Below, piece after piece: positions 1-6,685 of a stretch of 24,000 bases of DNA. The position numbers and the translations under genes were made by a program. The DNA lies in contig NZ_RCVZ01000001.1 in NCBI RefSeq assembly GCF_003668575.1, forward strand, positions 501,046 to 525,045. Direction: 5' to 3'. Below the pieces are notes generated by a model, which was given only the letters and a program-made list of their open reading frames with translations, made no database searches and was not told where the DNA came from. The number at the start of each line of letters is the position of its first letter. Position 1 is the first letter of the stretch. The stretch is from Falsibacillus albus (GTDB taxonomy: Bacteria; Bacillota; Bacilli; Bacillales; DSM-25281).

Positions 1-1
1 G

Positions 2-274
2 ACAGAAACGACAGTGCGAGCTGCCTGGGAAGAAAGCCTGAAGGAAATATGGAAACTCACGGCCTTTAAACAAGGTGAGTATGAAGTGTTGCTGCAGTTT
101 GGCGAGAATTTAGGAAAACACGATTTAATCACCCAGCAGAAACAGATTGTATTGGCACTCACCCACCTTGAAAGGGAAGAACAAGAAGCGAGGGAAAAAC
201 AGCATAAATATGAAAAAATGGCAAAAAGTCTTGGTCTCATGTCCGGGTTATTGCTGATCATCTTACTTCTGTAA
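2..274 (+). CDS. spoIIIAB: Stage III sporulation protein AB, C-terminal part (5' end outside window)
   Basis: The frame is open from the window edge (..TETTVRAAWEESLKEIW..). It ends in a hydrophobic tail and sits immediately upstream of spoIIIAC-AH in the conserved operon order. The GTG at 14 in the ORF track is probably internal. Confidence 0.8.
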   Translation, partial: TETTVRAAWEESLKEIWKLTAFKQGEYEVLLQFGENLGKHDLITQQKQIVLALTHLEREEQEAREKQHKYEKMAKSLGLMSGLLLIILLL

Positions 275-297
275 AGGAAAATTTAGGAGGAACTAAT

Positions 298-504
298 ATG
301 GGGATTGATGTGGATGTCATTTTCAAAATCGCAGGAGTTGGAATCGTGGTGGCATTTTTACATACGATTCTCGATCAAGTTGGAAAAAAGGAATATGCAC
401 AGTGGGTGACTTTATTTGGATTTATTTACATTCTGTTCATGGTAGCTTCGATCGTGGATGATTTATTTCAAAAAATCAAGTCCGTCTTTTTATTTCAAGG
501 GTAG
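298..504 (+). CDS. spoIIIAC: Stage III sporulation protein AC (small 2-TM membrane protein)
   Basis: This 68-aa product matches the length and sequence style of B. subtilis SpoIIIAC (from memory). An AGGAGG SD lies 7-8 nt upstream of the ATG, and the operon position fits. Confidence 0.9.
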   Translation: MGIDVDVIFKIAGVGIVVAFLHTILDQVGKKEYAQWVTLFGFIYILFMVASIVDDLFQKIKSVFLFQG

Positions 505-518
505 GGGAGGGCTTTGCG

Positions 519-911
519 ATTGAAATTATCCAAATTGTAGGAATTGCCCTTGTGACCACTTTTTTGGCCTTGATTGTCAAAGAACAAAAGCCCAATTTTG
601 CATTTTTATTAGTAGTATTTGTTGGCTGTGCGATTTTTCTGTTTTTAATTGATCAAATCTACCTCATTATCCGTATGATCGAAAAGATCGCCATCAATGC
701 CAACATCAATATGATTTATGTTGAGACGATTTTAAAAATTATCGGAATTGCCTATATAGCCGAATTTGCTTCTCATATTACAAAGGATGCCGGACAAGGG
801 GCCATTGCGGCAAAAGTGGAATTGGCGGGAAAGATCTTGATCCTGGCGATGGCTATCCCGATCTTGACCGTTCTGATTGAAACGGTGATAAACATGATAC
901 CAAAAGGATAG
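519..911 (+). CDS. spoIIIAD: Stage III sporulation protein AD; start uncertain (ATT at 519 proposed, first canonical start is GTG 552)
   Basis: Residues (I)EIIQIVGIALVTTFLALIVKEQKP align with the remembered B. subtilis N-terminus MQIDIVQIVGLGLIATFLSLIVKEQKP. The frame is open from 462 but has no ATG/GTG/TTG before 552. A GGGGAGG SD (504-510) lies 8 nt upstream of ATT 519. Confidence 0.8.
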   Translation: MEIIQIVGIALVTTFLALIVKEQKPNFAFLLVVFVGCAIFLFLIDQIYLIIRMIEKIAINANINMIYVETILKIIGIAYIAEFASHITKDAGQGAIAAKVELAGKILILAMAIPILTVLIETVINMIPKG

Positions 912-938
912 ACGCATTACTATGATGGGGTGAAATGA

Positions 939-2126
939 ATGCGGCAGTGGATGCAGATTATCTTTATCATTGCTCTTTTGTTTTTAACAGTTCCGAATCT
1001 TGTACAAGCTGCAGATGATCAACAAACAAGAAATATAGAGGATGAATTGGTCAGCCAACAGATGGATGACCTGGGGATTACAGAATTAAAAGGATACTGG
1101 CAAAATATCATCGATAAATATGGAGGATATCTTCCAGAAAGCCAAAAAGGCAGCTTGATCGATTTCATTAAAGGAGACAAAAAATTTTCTCTGAAGCAAT
1201 GGTTTTATGGAATCACCAAATACACATTTCAAGAATTGATACAAAATGGAAAGCTTCTCGGCTCCCTGATCATGCTGACCATATTCAGCATGTTTCTGCA
1301 ATCGCTGCAAAATGCATTTGATCAAGGGAATGTCAGCAAGGTAGCTTATGCCATCGTTTTCATGGTACTCATCATCATCGCCTTGAATTCATTTCATGTG
1401 GCGATTGATTATACACAGGATGCAATAAATACGATGATCCACTTCATCATTGCCTTGTTCCCCCTGCTTCTCGCATTGATTGCAACATCTGGTGGGGTGA
1501 CATCGGCAGCCTTTTTTCATCCGGTCATCATCCTGCTGATGAATACGAGCGGTTTATTGATTGAATACATCGTTTTGCCCCTGCTTTTCCTGGCGGCACT
1601 CCTGAGCATTGTCAGTACACTTTCCGAACAGCATAAAGTGACTCAATTGGCCCAGCTTCTCCGAAATTGGAGCATCGGGCTGCTGGGGGTATTCATGACC
1701 GTTTTCTTAGGGGTCATTTCAGTACAGGGAGCCACGTCTGCTGTAACCGATGGCATTACGATCAGAACGGCAAAATTCGTCACCGGCAATTTTGTTCCGG
1801 TCATTGGGAGGATGTTTACCGATGCTACGGACACAGTCATTTCGGCTTCAGTCCTTCTTAAAAATACAGTGGGCATCGCCGGGGTGGCAATCCTGCTCAT
1901 GATCGCAGCATTTCCAGCGATCAAAGTACTGGTGATTGCATTTGTTTATAAGCTTGCAGCAGCGCTTTTGCAGCCGGTTGGCGGGGGTCCTGTCATTGCA
2001 TGCTTGGACACAATCAGTAAAAGTGTCATCTATGTATTTGCAGCATTGGCTATTGTTTCGTTCATGTTCTTTCTGTGTGTGACGGTCATGATCGCTGCAG
2101 GGAATATAACCTTGATGATTCGATAA
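939..2126 (+). CDS. spoIIIAE: Stage III sporulation protein AE (polytopic membrane protein with signal sequence)
   Basis: The 395-aa product has an N-terminal signal-like segment ending VQA/AD and multiple TM helices. Size and operon position match SpoIIIAE. Confidence 0.9.
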   Translation: MRQWMQIIFIIALLFLTVPNLVQAADDQQTRNIEDELVSQQMDDLGITELKGYWQNIIDKYGGYLPESQKGSLIDFIKGDKKFSLKQWFYGITKYTFQELIQNGKLLGSLIMLTIFSMFLQSLQNAFDQGNVSKVAYAIVFMVLIIIALNSFHVAIDYTQDAINTMIHFIIALFPLLLALIATSGGVTSAAFFHPVIILLMNTSGLLIEYIVLPLLFLAALLSIVSTLSEQHKVTQLAQLLRNWSIGLLGVFMTVFLGVISVQGATSAVTDGITIRTAKFVTGNFVPVIGRMFTDATDTVISASVLLKNTVGIAGVAILLMIAAFPAIKVLVIAFVYKLAAALLQPVGGGPVIACLDTISKSVIYVFAALAIVSFMFFLCVTVMIAAGNITLMIR

Positions 2127-2138
2127 GGGGGAGGAAAC

Positions 2139-2768
2139 ATGAGCTATCTCGTGCAATGGATTACGAACATTATATTATTCGTTCTTTTAACGGTCGTAAT
2201 GGACATGCTCCTCCCCAATTCATCTTTTAAGAAATATACAAAAATGGTAACGGGGCTCCTTTTGATCACCATCATTCTCACTCCGGTGCTTAGGTTCATT
2301 TCCAGTGACTTCGATCAAGTGTTCAATCAAATTTCAATAAAGGAGTCCGTGGGAAATTTTCAGGTAGAAAATTTAATAGAAAGTAAGAAAAAAGAAATAC
2401 AAGCATCACAACGTGCATATATTTTAGAACAAATGGCTGTCCAAATGAAAAAGGACGCAGAAGAGGAGATGATCGGCCAATTTGGAATAGGGATTGAGTC
2501 TATAAAGTTAAAGGTTAAACAAGGGGGAACAGATAGTTTTCCTGAAAATTTGGAAAAAATCACCGTTATGCTTGGAAAACCGCATGAGGCAGGTGTTGTT
2601 CAAGCGGTGAAGCCAGTATCCATTGACACCCGCGAAAACGATACGCAGCAGGTTAAGGATGAAAAGACAGAAAAAATGATAGACCTCTTGGCAAACAGAT
2701 GGAATCTAGACGCAAAAAGTATTCAAATTCAATTTGAAGGAGGGATCCAAACAAACGATGAGCGGTGA
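2139..2768 (+). CDS. spoIIIAF: Stage III sporulation protein AF
   Basis: The 209-aa product has two N-terminal TM helices and a soluble C-terminal domain. A strong SD (GGGGGAGG) precedes the ATG, and the operon position fits. Confidence 0.85.
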   Translation: MSYLVQWITNIILFVLLTVVMDMLLPNSSFKKYTKMVTGLLLITIILTPVLRFISSDFDQVFNQISIKESVGNFQVENLIESKKKEIQASQRAYILEQMAVQMKKDAEEEMIGQFGIGIESIKLKVKQGGTDSFPENLEKITVMLGKPHEAGVVQAVKPVSIDTRENDTQQVKDEKTEKMIDLLANRWNLDAKSIQIQFEGGIQTNDER

Positions 2769-3432
2769 AAAAGGACCAATCGACTGGTTGAAATCATTAT
2801 TGCTTACCAAAAGTGATTCTTCAAAGCCTTCTGGAAAGAAAATAGGCAAGCTTCAATATTTTCTGATCATCTTGATTTGTGGGATTGCCTTTATGCTGAT
2901 AAGCGATCTTTGGAGGTCAGGAAATGATCAAGCATCATCACCCGCCATGAAGCAAGCGCCTGAAAATGGAGGAAGCGTGGAGACCTTTGGCTCAAACAAG
3001 GATGACAAACCTAAAAGCATGGCTGACTATGAAAAACAATATGAAAACGAGCTTAAAGAAGCTCTCGATCAAATTGTAGGAGTCAGCAACGTGACGGTTG
3101 TCGTGAATGTAGAGGCATCCGAGCAAAAGGTATTTGAAAAGGATTCGAAAGCACAAAATCAAATTACAAATGAAACGGATCCAAAAGGCGGCGAGAGAAA
3201 AATAGAAGAACAAACAAAAGACGACCAGCTGGTGATCGTCAAAAACGGCGACAAAGAGGTTCCAATTGTGAAGGAAACGAGAAAACCAGAAATCAAGGGG
3301 GTTCTTGTAGTTGCAAATGGAGCTGATAATATACAAATCAAAAAATGGATCATTGAAGCGGTGACGCGTGTCTTGGATGTCCCAAGCCATCAGGTCGCCG
3401 TGATGCCAAAAAAATCAAAGGGGGATTCCTAA
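2758..3432 (+). CDS. spoIIIAG: Stage III sporulation protein AG (alternative TTG start at 2734)
   Basis: The C-terminal block KGVLVVANGADNIQIKKWIIEAVTRVLDVPSHQVAVMPKK closely matches the remembered B. subtilis SpoIIIAG C-terminus. It has a single TM helix. The start choice between ATG 2758 and TTG 2734 is unresolved. Confidence 0.85.
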   Translation: MSGEKGPIDWLKSLLLTKSDSSKPSGKKIGKLQYFLIILICGIAFMLISDLWRSGNDQASSPAMKQAPENGGSVETFGSNKDDKPKSMADYEKQYENELKEALDQIVGVSNVTVVVNVEASEQKVFEKDSKAQNQITNETDPKGGERKIEEQTKDDQLVIVKNGDKEVPIVKETRKPEIKGVLVVANGADNIQIKKWIIEAVTRVLDVPSHQVAVMPKKSKGDS

Positions 3433-3975
3433 GTGTTACTAAAAAAACAAACTGTTTGGCTATTGACAATGTTAAGTCTAGTGGTAGTATTATCGGTTTA
3501 TTATGTCACATCACCAGAAACGAAGACTGCAGATCTTGCCGCTGTTGATAAGGGCAAGAAAACGAGTGAAAGTGCATCAGCATCCAATAAGAAAGACATG
3601 GATGTTGTGACAGATGCTGCAGGCGATGAAGTTTTCGAAGCATTACGTTTAGATGAACAAGATAAACGGAGTGAGCTGCGCCAGCAATTAACGGAAATGG
3701 TCGCTTCACCTGACTTAACAGCAGAGGAGAAAAATAAAGCATACGAACAAATGCAGCAGCTTACTGAATTGGAAACAAAGGAAAAAGTACTTGAAAGTCT
3801 GATCCAATCAATGGGCTATAAAGATGCGCTGGTTCGCGCTGATGGTGAAAAGGTGTTGATCACTGTTAAAGCAAATGAGCAATCCAAAAAAGCAGCAAAT
3901 CAAATCATCCAAAAAGTCGGCGATGAAATAGGAGAAATGCAGAAGGTTTCAGTAACATTCGAACCTGAAAAATAA
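3433..3975 (+). CDS. spoIIIAH: Stage III sporulation protein AH
   Basis: The N-terminus MLLKKQTVWLLTMLSLVVVLSVYYV and the C-terminal VTFEPEK are near-identical to remembered B. subtilis SpoIIIAH. It has a GTG start with an upstream SD. Confidence 0.88.
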   Translation: MLLKKQTVWLLTMLSLVVVLSVYYVTSPETKTADLAAVDKGKKTSESASASNKKDMDVVTDAAGDEVFEALRLDEQDKRSELRQQLTEMVASPDLTAEEKNKAYEQMQQLTELETKEKVLESLIQSMGYKDALVRADGEKVLITVKANEQSKKAANQIIQKVGDEIGEMQKVSVTFEPEK

Positions 3976-3980
3976 TACAA

Positions 3981-4032
3981 AAGGAGTCATTCCATTAGCC
4001 AGCGAGTCTGGCCGGAATGACTCCTTTTTTTA
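3981..4032 (+). terminator. Rho-independent terminator of the spoIIIA operon
   Basis: The arm AAGGAGTCATTCC (3981-3993) pairs with GGAATGACTCCTT (4014-4026) and is followed by a T-run. Confidence 0.8.
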
Positions 4033-4190
4033 AATGGCATATCCTAAAAGATAGTAGTCATCACTTTGGATTCATCCTATCATAACGATTGAAATGGAAA
4101 GTGCGATTCTCCATGATGTATTCGCTTTCAATGGACATCTGACCTCTTTAAAATGTATGATATGTTTAGGTAGGAAAAAGTGGTCTTACC

Positions 4191-4229
4191 AATTCAACGT
4201 TGAATTTTTCATGTAAATTATCGTATGAT
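4191..4229 (+). promoter_or_regulatory. Candidate sigma-A promoter of accBC (TTGAAT-18-TATGAT) with an overlapping perfect 16-bp palindrome
   Basis: The -35 TTGAAT is at 4200-4205 and the -10 TATGAT at 4224-4229. The palindrome AATTCAACGTTGAATT spans 4191-4206. Confidence 0.4.
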
Positions 4230-4269
4230 ATTAGTAGCTAGTCATAATTCAAGTTAGGAGATGTATCAA

Positions 4270-4773
4270 ATGTTAAAGGTTCAAGAAATTCGTGAGCTTA
4301 TTAAGCTAGTCGATCAATCGAGCATTGATGAATTCGTATATGAATATGAAGGTTCTAAAATAGAAATGAAAAAAAGAGGTGAGGCTGTCGTTGCCGCACA
4401 GCCAGTTCAACAAGCGGCTGCTCCAGCACCATCTGCACCACCGGCACCTGCTGCACCTGCCGCACCGGCGCCTGAGGCTCCAGCTGCAGCCGTTCAAGAA
4501 ACTGTTCAGCCAGCAGCAGAAGATGATGCCAATTTACATAAAATCACTTCCCCGATGGTGGGAACATTTTATGCTTCCCCATCACCTGATGCAGACCTTT
4601 ATGTGAAAACTGGATCAAGGGTTGGAGAAGATACGGTTGTCTGTATCGTTGAAGCGATGAAATTATTCAATGAAATCGAAGCGGAAGTGAATGGAGAAAT
4701 CGTAGAAATTTTAGTTAAAGATGGACAACTGGTAGAATATGGACAACCATTATTCTTAGTAAAGCCTGAGTAA
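4270..4773 (+). CDS. accB: Acetyl-CoA carboxylase biotin carboxyl carrier protein (BCCP)
   Basis: It carries the biotinylation motif [11 protein letters not shown] and a Pro/Ala-rich linker, and it aligns with remembered B. subtilis AccB (MLNIKEIHELIK..). ATG 4270 is preferred over 4261 because the AGGAG SD ends at 4259. Confidence 0.95.
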   Translation: MLKVQEIRELIKLVDQSSIDEFVYEYEGSKIEMKKRGEAVVAAQPVQQAAAPAPSAPPAPAAPAAPAPEAPAAAVQETVQPAAEDDANLHKITSPMVGTFYASPSPDADLYVKTGSRVGEDTVVCIVEAMKLFNEIEAEVNGEIVEILVKDGQLVEYGQPLFLVKPE

Positions 4774-4786
4774 GGAGCGATTCTTT

Positions 4787-6139
4787 ATGATTAAAAAGCT
4801 ATTAATTGCAAATAGGGGAGAAATAGCGGTCCGCATCATCCGTGCAGCACGGGAGATGGGGGTAGAAACCGTTGCAGTATACTCCGAAGCAGATAAAGAG
4901 GCTCTTCATGTCCAAATTGCAGACGAAGCATACTGTATAGGACCAAAGACGTCAAAAGACAGCTACTTAAATTTCACAAATATCATCAGCGTTGCAAAAC
5001 TGACTGGATGTGAAGCGATTCATCCCGGATATGGATTCTTAGCGGAGAATGCAGATTTTGCTGAGCTCTGCAGGGACTGCAATATCACTTTTGTCGGCCC
5101 GAGCCCTGAAGCGATCTCCAAAATGGGTACAAAAGATGTGGCAAGGGAAACGATGCGTGAGGCAGGCGTCCCGATTGTGCCCGGTTCAAAGGGAATCGTG
5201 AAAGATATTGATGATGCGATTAAATTAGCCAATGAAATGGATTATCCCGTCATCATCAAAGCTACTGCCGGCGGTGGTGGAAAAGGGATCCGCGTGGCAA
5301 GGACCGAACAGGAATTAATTAAAGGAATCAACATTACACAGCAGGAGGCAATGACTGCATTTGGGAATCCTGGTGTGTATATAGAAAAGTACATTGAGGA
5401 TTTCAGACATGTAGAAATCCAAGTCATGGCAGACAACTATGGCAATGTCATCCACTTGGGTGAAAGGGATTGCTCCATCCAACGGAGACTTCAAAAGCTC
5501 TTGGAAGAAACACCGTCCCCCGCTTTGGATGGTGAAATGCGTGCTACGATGGGAGAAGCGGCTGTCAAGGCAGCAAAAGCAGTTGATTATTCCGGAGCTG
5601 GGACGGTAGAATTTATATATGACCATGTAAATCGTAAGTTTTACTTCATGGAAATGAACACGCGCATCCAGGTCGAGCATCCAGTCACAGAAATGGTCAC
5701 AGGCGTTGATTTGATCAAAGAAATGATCCGTGTGGCTTCCGGTGAAAAATTGTCATTGAAACAAGAAGAGGTAACGTTCAGTGGCTGGTCGATCGAATGC
5801 CGCATCAATGCAGAAAATCCGGAGAAGAACTTCATGCCGTCACCGGGCAAGATCGATATGTATCTCCCTCCCGGCGGCTTTGGTGTAAGGGTGGAATCGG
5901 CAGCATATCCAGGCTATTCAATCCCGCCGTATTATGATTCCATGATCGCCAAGCTCATTACCTATGGAGCTACTAGGGAAGAAGCCATCCAAAGAATGAG
6001 GCGTGCTCTCAGCGAATTTGTCATCGAAGGTATCCATACCACGATTCCTTTCCATTTGAAGTTATTGGAGCATGAAACGTTTGTAGGCGGGGATTTTAAT
6101 ACAAAGTTCCTCGAAAAGTACGATGTAATGAATACTTAA
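4787..6139 (+). CDS. accC: Acetyl-CoA carboxylase biotin carboxylase subunit
   Basis: The 450-aa product has ATP-grasp motifs ([20 protein letters not shown]) and lies immediately downstream of accB. Confidence 0.97.
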   Translation: MIKKLLIANRGEIAVRIIRAAREMGVETVAVYSEADKEALHVQIADEAYCIGPKTSKDSYLNFTNIISVAKLTGCEAIHPGYGFLAENADFAELCRDCNITFVGPSPEAISKMGTKDVARETMREAGVPIVPGSKGIVKDIDDAIKLANEMDYPVIIKATAGGGGKGIRVARTEQELIKGINITQQEAMTAFGNPGVYIEKYIEDFRHVEIQVMADNYGNVIHLGERDCSIQRRLQKLLEETPSPALDGEMRATMGEAAVKAAKAVDYSGAGTVEFIYDHVNRKFYFMEMNTRIQVEHPVTEMVTGVDLIKEMIRVASGEKLSLKQEEVTFSGWSIECRINAENPEKNFMPSPGKIDMYLPPGGFGVRVESAAYPGYSIPPYYDSMIAKLITYGATREEAIQRMRRALSEFVIEGIHTTIPFHLKLLEHETFVGGDFNTKFLEKYDVMNT

Positions 6140-6160
6140 TCTTCACTGGAGGTGTTGGAT

Positions 6161-6577
6161 ATGTCAGAAAATCAGATGAATAATGTTTTAGAAATGAATC
6201 AAGGAAACGATGGGCTCGGTAAAGTCGAGATTGCACCTGAAGTCATTGAAGTCATTGCAGGCATTGCTGCATCCGAAGTGGAAGGAGTTGCCCAAATGCG
6301 CGGCAACTTTGCTTCTGGCGTCGTAGAACGCTTAGGCAAAAAAAACCACGGAAAAGGCGTTAAGGTGGAGCTCTCGGAAGAAGGCATAAAAGTTGATGTC
6401 TTCTGCCTTATGAACTTCGGAGTCTCCATCCCGAACGTAGCCCAAGAAATACAGGATAACATTCGCCAGGCATTAATGAATATGACTGCACTGGAAGCGA
6501 ATGAAGTCAATATTCATGTAGTCGGAATTCAATTCGAAAACCAAAAACATGAAATCTATGACGAAACAGAAGAATAA
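6161..6577 (+). CDS. yqhY: Asp23/Gls24 family envelope stress response protein (YqhY-like)
   Basis: GKVEIAPEVIEVIAGIAASEVEGVAQMRG is the typical Asp23-family N-terminus, and the gene has the conserved position after accC. ATG 6161 is preferred because a GGAGG SD lies 8 nt upstream. Confidence 0.85.
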   Translation: MSENQMNNVLEMNQGNDGLGKVEIAPEVIEVIAGIAASEVEGVAQMRGNFASGVVERLGKKNHGKGVKVELSEEGIKVDVFCLMNFGVSIPNVAQEIQDNIRQALMNMTALEANEVNIHVVGIQFENQKHEIYDETEE

Positions 6578-6584
6578 GTGAAAC

Positions 6585-6620
6585 AAAATCCCAAAGGCCA
6601 ATTGGCCTTTGGGATTTTTA
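6585..6620. terminator. Rho-independent terminator after yqhY; perfectly palindromic, with an A-run and a T-run (bidirectional in form)
   Basis: AAAATCCCAAAGGCCA (6585-6600) pairs with TGGCCTTTGGGATTTT (6603-6618). Confidence 0.8.
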
Positions 6621-6685
6621 GTTTGAAGCTGGAGAATATTGGCGATTAGTCGGCATGGGACACGGGTACCCTAAGACATGAAAAA

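Noticed and set aside
4306-4606. Track ORFs 4306-4497 (-) and 4379-4606 (+) overlapping accB
   Set aside because: These are shadow ORFs created by the GC-rich, stop-poor Pro/Ala linker of BCCP. The accB frame has clear homology and the biotinylation motif.
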